This document shows, piece by piece, positions 14,201 through 27,100 of a DNA stretch of 64,000 bases. The notes below the pieces were generated by a model. It did no database searches and was not told the origin of the DNA. It worked only from the letters and a program-made list of their open reading frames with translations. This DNA is from Heptranchias perlo (taxonomy: Eukaryota), in contig NC_090336.1 in assembly GCF_035084215.1 (NCBI RefSeq), forward strand, positions 23,622,001 through 23,686,000, in the 5' to 3' direction. Position 1 is the first letter of the stretch. The number at the start of each line of letters is the position of its first letter. A program made the position numbers and the translations under genes.

Positions 14201-15163
14201 ACACTACAGGAGGAGTTTGCATGGGGTCAGAGTACAGTACAGGAAACACTACAGAAGGAATTGGCATGGGGTCAACATACAATACAGGAAAAACTACAGG
14301 ATTCGGCATTGGGTCACTGTACAGTATAGGAAAAACTACAGGAGTCGGCATTGGGTCACTGTACAGTATAGGAAAAACTACAGGATTCGGCATTGGGTCA
14401 CTGTACAGTATAGGAAAAACTACAGGATTCGGCATTGGGTCACTGTACAGTATAGGAAAAACTACAGGAGTCGGCATTGGGTCACTGTACAGTATAGGAA
14501 AAACTACAGGAGTCGGCATTGGGTCACTGTACAGTACAGGGAACATTACAGGAGGAGTTGGCATGGGGTCAGAGTACAGTACAGGGAACACTACAGGAGG
14601 AGTTGGCATGGGGTCAGAGTACAGTACAGGGAACATTACAGGAGGAGTTGGCATGGGGTCAGAGTACAGTACAGGGAACACTACAGGAGGAGTTGGCATG
14701 GGGTCAGAGTACAGTACAGGGAACACTACAGTAGGGACTGGTATGGAGTCAGTGTACAGTACAGAGAACACTATCAGAGTTGATATGGAGTCAATGCACA
14801 GCAGAGGTTATACTACAGGGGGAGTTGATATGCGTTAGTGTACCTTGTGGAGAGAGTGATAGAAAGAAATGTGCAGCGAGAGTTAGGGAGAGACAAATAT
14901 ATAGTCAGAGAAAGAGAAACAGAAGGCAAGATAGAGAGAGAACAAGCTGGAGACAGTCAGTGAGAGACAGAGTACAAAAAAGGTAGACAGAAAGAGACAG
15001 AGGGTCAAACAGAGAGATGGGCAGAGAGAGAGAGAAGATAGGCAGAAATAGGCCAGGAATTTCCTGGTAGCTGTTCTCGCTCCACTGTCATAACTTTGCC
15101 AGAAGTTTTCTGGCAATGTTACTCCATGCAAATTCCTAGCCATAGATATGAAAAAGATATAGA

Positions 15164-15194
<31 letters not shown>

Positions 15195-18100
15195 TGAGAG
15201 AGACAGGGAAGAGAGAGAGAAGAAAGCACAAGAGCAATGAAGAAACAGGGAGAGCGAGCACATGAGAGGAAGTGAATAAGGCTGACAAGTTAGAGAAACA
15301 CATGTAACTGGGAAAAGATTGTGTGTGTGGATACAGGAGTTACAGCAGACTAGCAACAAAGCAGTGCAGTAACCTTCACATGTACAGTGTGACCCACCTT
15401 CAGGTGGCCGATGATAAACTTGTGGACAAGATGGTTCCACTTGGATTTGCTGAACACAGAAAGGTGCCCGAAGTCATGCTGCAGCCAACCACCCTGCGCC
15501 TGCAAACAAAACCACCGGAGAGCATGTTACAACTAAATACCAACAGCAATGCACAGGCCACCACAACAATTCTCATTAACCTGGGCATCCATGTTACCTT
15601 GGCCAGTCTGAGTTACACTGGCTTATAATTAAAATTACTCTTCATACTAAGCACGGAGACCAGAAGGTCCCACGTTCGATTCCCGATCTTTGTTCAGACT
15701 GATCCTGAATCTGCTGGCTGGAACAATCCCACATGAAGTGATTGGGGTAAAATACAGCTTGTGGTATTTAGAGATCCCCAGTCACAAGGTGACTAGGGTG
15801 AAATACAGTTTACGGCAGTTCATAAGGTAATTGGGGTCAAACTGATTCACTGGTGGCCGAGCTTTTTAATATTATTTTACACACACGGCTCAGACCGAGT
15901 GACGTATTCCACTTGACGTAGTGCATGTCCCGGCTAAAGTGACAGCTGGATGCGCGGAGGAAGAATTCACCCAATTGCGCAGCTGTCAGCTGCGAACCCA
16001 CCTGCATGGTGCCCAGAAGAGCTGTGCTGATCAGAAATGGGACAAGGGAGGTGCCAAAATACCATAGGGTGAGCCAGGCTGCAGCTTCGAGGAGCAGAAG
16101 GTGTGCCAGCAGTCCAGCGAAGAATAGCTTATTCGGCTGTAGGAGGTCCGTCTTTTCCACAACGGCACGCAATTCCCGGAAATCTTCCGTCGCGGGTTTC
16201 TGAGAGTGAAACGGAGAAAATAACCATCAGTTTGAATTTTTAAAAAGTGCTGCCTATCGGGCGTGAATGGAATCTCACCTTGAGGAATCAGCACACACAG
16301 AGAACTTTGTACTTTTTTTTTAAAGTATAGAAAAAAATGCCAGCAGTATTCTTCCAAATAATGTTTAAAAGTAGGTGGCTATTTCCTTTGCAGGTGTTAA
16401 CGGGGCAGCACCCAGTAAATGTATCCCAGGCATTCACTGCAGCATCAGCAATTGTCTACATTAAAAACAGAACTTCCATTTACACAGCGCCTTTCACCAC
16501 CTCAAGACGTCCCAAAGCACTTTACAGCCAATGAAGTACTTTTAAAGTGTAATCTCTGTTATAATGTAGGAAACAGGCAGCCAATTTGTGCACAGCAAGA
16601 TCTCACCAACAGCAATGTGATAATGACTAGATAGTCAAGTTTTACGGATAAATGTTGACCAGGACACCGGTACAATAGGACCCATTTAAGGGGAGTTTGC
16701 AGCACACTGACTGGAGAAGGTACTCACATTTTTCCACGATTCCAAGCTGGGCTGGTCAGGCGCAAGCTCTCCGATGAGCAGGGAGTTCAGGTACTTGCTC
16801 ACCAGAGTCTTATCAACATGGAAGGCAGTAAATGGATCCTAAGGGTAGAGACCTATTGTTATCCTGGGTGACATACCATTATTTACACAGAGGATGTAAT
16901 ATTGACCGAATAAGATTTGAAAATGTACCATAGGTTCATTTCTTTCCCCCCCCCCCCCAGAGAGAAACCCAGGTGAAAGGACAAATCCAATCGTCCAAGG
17001 TTAAAAAGAGTAGGACTGAAGATGAGGTAAATCAGGAGGTTGAAATTACGTGATGCTAAACTTGGGTTCAAAAGCCTATAGATTGTGGGAGAAAGGGAAG
17101 ATTGAGGGAAGCAAGGAATTTCACAATTTTGAGGCCTTGGGAAAGAATAGGTTAGAATAGGAAATGGTGCAATATGGAATATTGGTTTAACATAATGAAG
17201 ATTTAGGGAGGAGGAATAGCGTGTAAGATCAGGTACGTGGAGCTCAGCAGGAATGTTAGAGATTGCTCAGAGCAGCAATTATTATAATAGTGTCGATAGA
17301 TTAAAGAGTCAAGAAAACAAGTGATAGGGAGACAGAGGCTAAAGGTGAGAAGTGAGAGAGGGATTGCCAACCCATTGACAAGCCTTTTCTTTTATCCTGT
17401 CTAGGAGGGAGTGCATGAGGCGGTTAGAACGAGTTGGTACATGCGGCTCTGTGGGCTGGGTTTCCCCTCACAGTAAGATTTGAGAGCAGGGTGTGCGCAT
17501 TGATTATTTTAGCTGAGTTAGATGAGCCTTTTATTGGGTGGGTCCTTGAGGTTTTCCAGCAGACAATTTGAGCTCTAGATAAATGGAGCCATACACATGT
17601 TGTGTAACTGAAAGTGTTACTATAGAGAGACAGATTAGTTAATTTGAACAATAAATTGCTTCATTCACTGAGCTGATTACTTTTGCTAAGGTAACAGTTA
17701 TGGAAACTTACTTCCATTTCAAACTGTAAAATAATTGTTGCGATCAGAGTGAAAAGTAAGGTCTTTCTGGAGCCGGATTTCTGCGATAATAATTAGTTTT
17801 CTTTCTCCTTTGATGTTAATTGTAAATTGTTATGGATGCTTTTGAAATGCTTTACTCAGCAAAAATGTACAGCACAATTAATTTAGGATTCTATCAGTAG
17901 CAGATCGGGGAGAGTCAGGAGGGAGCTGGCAGCAGGAGGGGAGAGTCAGGAGGGAGCTGGCAGCAGGAAGGGAGAGTCAGGAGGGAGCTGGCAGCAGGAA
18001 GGGAGAGTCAGGAGGGAGCTGGCAGCAGGAAGGGAGAGTCAGGAGGGAGCTGGCAGCAGGAGGGGAGAGTCAGGTGAGAATCACCCTAGATCCAGAGAGT

Positions 18101-21100
18101 CAGGAGGGAACTGGCAACATATCTGGAGTCATGAGGGAGCTGGCCCTAGATTCGGAGAGTCATGAGGGAGTTGGCAGCTGATTGCGAGAGTCAGGAGGGA
18201 GCTTGCCGCAGATCAGGAAAGTCAGGAGAGAGTTGGCAACAATTGAGATCGGAGTGAAAAGTAAGGTCTGTCTAGAGCCGGATTTCTGCGATAATAATTA
18301 GTTTTCCTTCTCTTTTGATGTTATTTGTAAATTGTTATGGATGCATTTGAAAACGCTTTACTCAGCAAAAATGTACAACAAAATTAATTCAGGACTCTAT
18401 CAGCAGCAGATCGAGAGAGATCGAGGGGGGTGGAGCTGGTCGCGGGGTGGGGAGAGTCGGGGGGGGGGAGCTGGCCACGGGGAGGGGAGAGTCGGGGGGG
18501 GGGAGCTGGCTGTGGGTAGGGGCGAGTCGGGGGGGGGGGGGGGAGCTGGCCGCGGGGAGGGGAGCGTCGGGGGGGGAGCTGGCCGCAGATCAAGAAAGTC
18601 AGCCAGGAATCAGCGCAGGATTTAAACTGGATGTGAGATCAAGACTCAGATGGGAGGTGGCGATAGATCAGCCCACTTAAGGGCGGGAACAATGTATTAG
18701 AGCATTCCCTATAGCAGAGTGAGGCTTAGTGGCTGAATTTGAAGCTGTTTTACAAGTATGTGCAGTCAGTCTGAGAGGCGGGATGTTATAGATGGGGTTT
18801 GACTGCAACAGATCATTCAAAATTAAACTGTGGAAAATTGGGGCAATAAACAGTGTGCAGTCTCACTCAGGCCTGCATCCAGCCAGCCCAGGGCTGTGCC
18901 AGTTACCAGGCCTGTTGAATTAGATGGCTTGTAACTCCAAAGGACTAGCTCTAGTGATCGCCGACTTCAGATTGTAAGCAATCTTCAGCCAGGGAGTGGT
19001 TGATCAGGAGACTGTGGTGTGACTGGGTCTGAAGGGCACTGTGGTGTGACTGGGTCTGAAGGGCACTGTGGTGTGACTGGGTCTGAAGGGCACTGTGGTG
19101 TGACTGGGTCTGAAGGGCACTGTGGTGTGACTGGGTCTGAAGGGCACTGTGGTGTGACTGGGTCTGAAGGGCACTGTGGTGTGACTGGGTCTGAAGGGCA
19201 CTGTGGTGTGACTGGGTCTGAAGGGCACTGTGGTGTGACTGGGTCTGAAGGGCACTGTGGTGTGACTGGGTCTGAAGGGCACTGTGGTGTGACTGGGTCT
19301 GAAGGGCACTGTGGTGTGACTGGGTCTGAAGGGCACTGTGGTGTGACTGGGTCTGAAGGGCACTGTGGTGTGACTGGGTCTGAAGGGCACTGTGGTGTGA
19401 CTGGGTCTGAAGGGCACTGTGGTGTGACTGGGTCTGAAGGGCATTGTGGTGTGACTGGGTCTGAACCAACTGCAGTAAACACAGTGGGCTCAAGGAATTA
19501 GACTGAAAATGCATCACCGAGGCAGTACGGAGAGGTAGAGAGACTGGCAGCTTCCAAAATAACAGAGAAATCCATCAGTAAATCAGTCAATAATTAAACA
19601 CACTCACAAACACACACATCACTGGGTCTCACAGATCAGTCCATTGACAAGTTTGTTACAGTACAGAGACAGACAGACAGATAGAGAGAGACAGACAGAG
19701 AGAGACAGAGAGAATTTAGTAACAGAGAACCTCTTATCTATAAAATTAGTCTGTCACAAGAGTTAGATTGGACAGACAATACTGCTCATATCCAGTGTAG
19801 GGCCACTATCAGCAAGCCAAAGCAGACAGGGACATACTGCCTATATCAATCATAGAGCTACAGTTAAAGCATTGTTATTGGGTGGTTAAAGTAGAGACAT
19901 ATACTCTACACATCAAGCACAGGCACCACTCTGTACAGACAGGAGGAGGGTGAGAAGCAATAAGGTGTAATGATATATATGAGTAAATTCATGCTACGAG
20001 AGGTAAGTCAAGTTTGGTGTATGGATTAGAGACAGGGCTACAACCTGTTGCGCTGATTCTCTGCCTTCAAGCATGGCTCCTTGGTGAGAGTGCAGGATCC
20101 GTGAATTCACCCTATGGAGTGAATGCTTCTAGGTTTTTTTTTCCGCAGTAAATGTCAATGTCTCATACCAATGTGAGCATATAATGTGGAGACATTCCTT
20201 AAACAACCAGTAACTGAAACGGTATCAATTTAAGCAGTTGGCAGGCAGCTCCCACAGAGAGCACTGAAACTAGCATTCTGTGAACCTGGGCTAAACTACT
20301 GCTGTGTTAAACGGGAATAAAGTTATTTTACATTTAATCTTGGATTATAAAGGGCCCCAAAACAAATTCAAAACCTGAACATTGCTATATGAACATACAA
20401 TTTCAAAACTGCTGTTAGATGCTAGTCAAATGCCATATATGTTGGCCTGGAATTTGCTCTTTAAATAAAGGTGAGGCTAACAAAGCTCACCATTATTTCA
20501 GTGCAAATGAAAGAGCAACTTCCCACGACTGTACATGCGCGGTCAAACATCCACAGGATGCACTGCAGCAACTCGCCAAGGCTTCTTCGACAGCACCTCC
20601 CAAACCCGCGACCTCTACCACCTAGAAGGACAAGAGCAGCAGACACATGGGAACAACACCACCTGCACGTTCCCCTCCAAGTCACACACCATCCCGACTT
20701 GGAATTATATCGCCGTTCCTTCATCGTCGCTGGGTCAAAATCCTGGAACTCCCTTCCTAACAGCACTGTGGGAGAACCTTCACCACATGGACTGCAGCGG
20801 TTCAAGAAGGCGGCTCACCACCACCTTCTCAAGGGCAATTAGGGATGGGCAATAAATGCCGGCCTCGCCAGCAACGCCCACATCCCATGAACGAATAATT
20901 TTTAAAAATCCTGAAACTGCTCTCGAAGATGTCCTGCTCCTCCGAAAGCTGCGTGGAAAGCACGGCTCGCCGGCTGGATTCCCGTTGGAATGAATGGACC
21001 AGCACGAAGTTGCTCTCCTGCCCAGCTGGAAATGAACTAATCTGTTTTTTTAGGTCTAAGCTAACTTTTAATGTTGTGGCAAGTCTTAATGACTGTCAAA

Positions 21101-24100
21101 AAACCTCTCTGGCACTGAAAATGAACTTTAAAAAAATGTGGAGTCTCATTCGTTCCGATTTTAATTGTTGGCTATTTAACTTTTTTTTTAAAACTTTTTC
21201 TTTCTGTCTCTTTTATCTCTGTCTTTTAATTCAATATTTCTTATGCTCACTTTATTTTGCTTTCTCTAACTGATTTTGCATTGAATTTACTGTTGTAGCA
21301 TTCACTTCCTGGTTCTCACTCTGTGTGGCTTGTTAAGGATGCTTCAATCTGATTGATTGAGGGGGCAGACAGTTCCTTGCCCCACTCACACAGCTCACAG
21401 ATACCCGAGAGAGAACACTGCACTTTTTTTGGCTCCCCATTGCAGCAAGTTGGCACCTAAAAGGCCGTGGATAGTTTGTGGGTAAGTTTAAATCTAACGA
21501 GCAGCGGGCACCGGTCGTTCGTCGCTCAGTGCAAAACCCTTGCTGTTATCTCAGAGATTGCAGTACACAGGAGACTCCCGACAAATATACACAAGTAAAT
21601 CACAGTGGTTTATTCGGTTCAATAAACAGGATTTCTGTACAATTACACAGTGAGTAACCCGCACCCTGCTGAATAAACAGGAACTCTACAAATACACAAT
21701 GAGCAATCATCACCGTGCTGAATAAACAGGAACACTGTACAATCATACGCAAGTAACCCTTTACTGAGAAAGCAGAACTCCATATAGTTACACAGCAAGT
21801 AACCTTAACCACGCAGAAAAAAACCCAGGAACTTTGTACAGAGTGATTCTTACCCTGCTGAGGAAATTCATAGTTACAAAGTATGCAAGCAAGCCTTATT
21901 GTTTTAAGACTTCTGATACGGAAAAATATATAATACATTATATTAGCATTCACAATACATGAAAAGCAAACAGTGCTAGAGTTGGATTATCAGTCTCTGA
22001 TTATTGATCAGTGCTTTGTGCTGATCAGTCTCTCTAGTATTGATCAGTAATCTCTGTAGTAACTTCTGATTACCAATCAGGAATTACTATGATTATCAGT
22101 CTCCCTCCAATTAGTTGAGTTATCGCTCTTGTTATTGATAAACAATCTGATATATAATTGCAGAGAGATGACTGATTAATTATCAGAAATCTTCCCCCAT
22201 TACTGACCTTTCCAATTCTTGATCAGTACTCTCACCCTGATTGACTAGTAATCTGATTATAGGTCATTAATCTCTGATCATTGATAAGTAATCACTCTCT
22301 TATTAATCAACAATCTTTGATTATTGAGTACAATCTCTGAATATTGATCAGAAAACTCCATAATTATTAGTGAAGTTCCAATTATCAAAAATCTTTGTTG
22401 ATCAGTGATCACTCTCCTTGATTATTGATCAGTCATTTCTCTCTTTCTGATCAATGGTTAGTAATCACGCTTCTTCAATAATGATCAGTAATCTTTCTCT
22501 TTCCAGTTATTGATCAATGATCTCGGTCTCTTTTTGACTAATGATCAGTATTCTCTTTCTGATTATTCATGACTAATGTTTATCTGATTATTGATCAGTG
22601 ACCTCCTTGAATGAATACTGATCAGTGATTTCTATCTGGTTATTGATCAGTGATTTCTATCTGGTTATTGATCAGTGATTTCTATCTGATTATTGATCAG
22701 TGACCTCCTTGAATGAATACTGATCAGTGATTTCTATCTGGTTATTGATCAGTGATTTCTATCTGGTTATTGATCAGTGATTTCTATCTGATTATTGATT
22801 AGTGACCTCCTTGAATGAATACTGATCAGTGATTTCTATCTGGTTATTGATCAGTGATTTCTATCTGATTATTGATCAGTGACCTCCTTGAATGAATGAT
22901 TTCTATCTGGTTATTGATCAGTGATTTCTATCTAATTATTGATCAGTGACCTCCTTGAATGAATACCGATCAGTGATTTCTATCTGATTATTGATCAGTG
23001 ACCTCCTTGAATGAATGATTTCTATCTGGTTATTGATCAGTGATTTCTATCTGATTATTGATTAGTGACCTCCTTGAATGAATACTGATCAGTGATTTCT
23101 ATCTGATTATTGATCAGTGATTTCTATCTGATTATTGATTAGTGACCTCCTTGAATGAATACTGATCAGTGATTTCTATTTGGTTATTGATCAGTGATTT
23201 CTATCTGATTATTGATCAGTGACCTCCTTGAATTAATACTGATCAGTGATTTCTATTTGGTTATTGATCAGTGACCTCCTTGAATGAATACCAATCAGTG
23301 ATTTCTATCTGATTATTGATCAGTGACCTCCTTGAATGAATACTGGTCAGTGATTTCTATCTGGTTATTGATCAGTGATTTCTATCTGATTATTGATCAG
23401 TGATTTCTATCTGATTATTGATCAGTGACCTCCTTGAATGAATACTGGTCAGTGATTTCTATCTGGTTATTGATCAGTGATTTCTATCTGATTATTGATC
23501 AGTGATTTCTATCTGATTATTGATCAGTGACCTTCTTGAATGAATACTGGTCAGTGATTTCTATTTGGTTATTGATCAGTGATTTCTATCTGATTATTGA
23601 TCAGTGATTTCTATCTGATTATTGATCAGTGACCTCCTTGAATGAATATTGATCAGTGATTTATATCTGATTATTGATCAGTGACCTCCTTGAATGAATA
23701 TTGATCAGTGATTTCTATCTGATTATTGATCAATGACCTGCTTGGATGAATATTGAGCAGTGATTTCTATCTGATTATTGATCAATGACCTCCTTGAATG
23801 AATACTGATCAGTGATTTCTCTGATTATTAATCAGAAATCTATATCTAATGATTGATTTCACTATCCCCGATTATTGATCAGTAACCTCTCAGTGTCTAT
23901 TGATCAGTGATCTCTCCGTCTCTGCTTATTGCCTAATAATTCTCAGATTATTGATCAGTAGTCTCTCTCTGATTATTAGTCAGTCACTGTTGTGAATATC
24001 CCTCTCTTACTGACTACAGATCAGCAATCTCTCTGATTATTGGTGTAATCACTCTCCCTAATTATTGATCAATATTCTCTAGCTCTCTATGATTATTGAT

Positions 24101-27100
24101 CACGATCTCTCACTTGACCAGTAATCTCTGACTATCTCTCGCTCTCTGAATAGTGATCAAGTAGCTCTCTCTCTCTGATTATCAGTGTCTCTCTCTGATT
24201 ATTTTTCAGTCATTTCTCAAATTGTCAGTCTCTCTCTGACTATTGATCAGTTATCTCCTTGATTATTCTGTAATTTGTCAGCCATTCTCTGATTATTGAT
24301 CAGAAATCTCTGTTGAATTTTGGCCTCTTTCTGACTGCTGATCAGTAAGAATCTGTTTATTGAAGTGATTACATGCTCTCTGATAATTGATGTGTAATCA
24401 CTGATTAATAACTGGAGATAGAGTACTGATTAATAATCAGTGATTTCTCCCTATGCATGGTTATTGATCAATAATCTCTGATGACTACCACTCTCCCTGA
24501 TTATCAATTATTCATCTCTGTGACCAACAGGCTATCTCTAGTTATTGATCAATGATTGTCAGTTTCTAATGACTGATGAATAATCGGAGATCATCAGACT
24601 TGCTCTGATTAGTGATCAGTAATCTTTGTGATTTCCTTTATTGCAATACTAATTGATCAATAAGCTCTGATTATTGATCAGCAATCTATCTTTCCCTCTA
24701 ATTAGTGATCAATTATCTCTTCCTCATTATTGATCTGTAATATGTGTGATGATCAGTCTCTCTCTTATTGATCAGAAATCTCTAATTATTGACATATAGT
24801 CATTCTCACTGATTAATGATCAGTCATTTCTCTCCTTGATTATCAGTGAACAATTTTGTCTCTGTTGATCAATAATATCTGATCAGTCTCACTCTGATTA
24901 TTGGTCAGTAATCTTTTTTTCTCATTATTGATCTGTAATCTATGTGATTATCAGTCCCTTTCTTATCACTGATCAGTAAACTCCATGACAATCAGTCGGT
25001 CTCCGATTATCAGAAATCTTTTAATTATCTATCTTTTTCTGATTACTGGTTAGTAATCACCATCTGATTATTGAAAAGTGATCATCTGCTTTCTGATTAT
25101 TGATGTGTAATCACGCTCCCTGTATTTTTAAATCAGTAATTTCTCCCTCTCTCTGATTATTGATCTATAATGTTTCTCCCAATATTGATGTCACTCTCCC
25201 CGATTATTGACCAGTTTCTCTCTAATTATCGATCATTACTTTTTGCAATTATCAGTGTTTCACTCTGATTATTGATCAGTAATAGCTGTGATTATCCATC
25301 TACCTCCATTTATTGATTAGCTGATTATTGATAACTGATCATTAATCTATTAATCCATGATCTCCCCCTCATTATTGATGTGTAATCACTCAGATTATCA
25401 ATAATCTTTTTCTCTGACTATTGGTCAGTAATGTCAATGATCATCCTCATTTTCTCAGTATTGACCACTTATTGTGATTATTAGTCTCCACTGATCATTA
25501 ATCAGTAATACCCCCTCTCTGATTATTGGAGAGTAATAATGCTTCATGATTAATGATCAATGATCTATTTATGATTATTGATTGGTTATCTCTATAATTA
25601 TTGGCAAGTAAACTCTAATTATTTGTCTCTAATTTTCTGATTAGGTCAAGCAGAAAAGCGTGGTCATTCATAAGGAAACTTGGAGCAGCACATAAACCAT
25701 CACCTAGATGTCAGTATAATGTGTCCCGAACAATATTGCCACACATCTCAATAACACGCCAAAATTTAATAGGGACGAGCTCTTTGAAGAATCAGTAAAG
25801 TGGAAGTGGAGCAGATACAGATTGGTCCCACCTCAGAGCGAGGAAGACATTGTCCAGCCATTCTTCACTGAGGAAATGGAGAGAGCACTGAGTTTCATGA
25901 AAGCAGGACAAGATTGCTTCCTTGACAAGATTCACCAGAACTGCGACTACATCTTGGAAAGAGCATAAAATGGTTGTCTTAATGTACCGTGTCATCCAAG
26001 AGAGCAAGATGCCTAAGCTATAGCAGAAAGCTAGGATGCTAGCTATACCAAAACCAGGAAAGAACCACTCTTTCCCAGCTAGCTACTTTCCTAAATGACT
26101 TCTGAGTCGTGATTACAAACTTCTGAAGTGGCTAATTGTGCTCACAGTAGAGCAGGCTCTGAAGAGTAGGCAGGCTTCAGATCAAATAGGAGCACTTGTG
26201 ACCATTCTTGCTCTGGCCACCTGTATAGAGAATAATTTCCAACAGAAGGAGAATACAGGGGCAGTGTTTCTTGACTTGACAGCAGCATACGATACCATCT
26301 GGCACACTGACCTACTGGTCAAGATGTCAAAGATGTTACCTTGAGTTACTATGGCTACGGAGATGATGTTTTGGGAGACGATTCCAGGTGACGTTAGGCA
26401 ATAAATTGAACGCATGGATGATCCAGAAGAATGGACTGCCCCAGGGATCTGTTATGGCTCCAATTATTTTTTATCATACTTGCAAATGATCTCCTGTCAA
26501 CACTCTCCAGCCCATTCAAGTTTGCAGATGACATCCGCCTGGCTTCAAGGGAAACAGACTTCAAAAAGATTCAGCACAACTTGAACCAAGACATGGCAGC
26601 CATCAGTGACTATTGCAAAAAGTAGTAGACTTAATCCTATTGTGTCAAAGACCATGTCGTCATGCTTCCCTCTTAATCGTGCCAACGCTTCACGGCAACT
26701 CAATATCTTCTTGGATGGAGAACGGCTGGAACATGACATAAAGCCAATATATCTAGGAGTAACTAGATCGCAAACTTACCTACAAGGACCACCTCACCAA
26801 GGTAGATCAGAAGATCAAGAGCAGAAATGGGCTCCTAACTAAACTTGAGGGCTCAACTTGGGGAAGCTAATGGGCAATGGTGTGCAGCTCGCCGCTACCT
26901 CTGCTACTTCATTGGAGAATATTACGCTTCCTGTGTGTTTAAAGTCTTCTCACACAAAACCAATTGATGTACAATTAAATTAACAATGAGAATAATAACA
27001 GGGACTACGAGTCCAACAAACACACAATGGTTACCAGTCCTCTCAAATATAACGTCACGTGTCATATTCCAGCAAAGAAGCTCCTTGAAAAAAATCCAGG

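Noticed and set aside
14083-14838. 251-aa ORF of GxGSxYSxGxTT repeats resembling an ice-binding or beta-solenoid protein
   Set aside because: Unit lengths of 42 and 45 bp are multiples of 3, so several frames on both strands stay open. It is intronic and antisense to fads1, with no signal peptide or other gene evidence.
19011-19464. Regular repeat array that could be mistaken for CRISPR, or for a His/Cys-rich protein
   Set aside because: The units are contiguous and identical with no unique spacers, and the context is a vertebrate intron.
22570-23830. Alternating 25/27-bp units resembling a repeat-spacer array
   Set aside because: Both unit types are themselves repeated, so this is a higher-order satellite.
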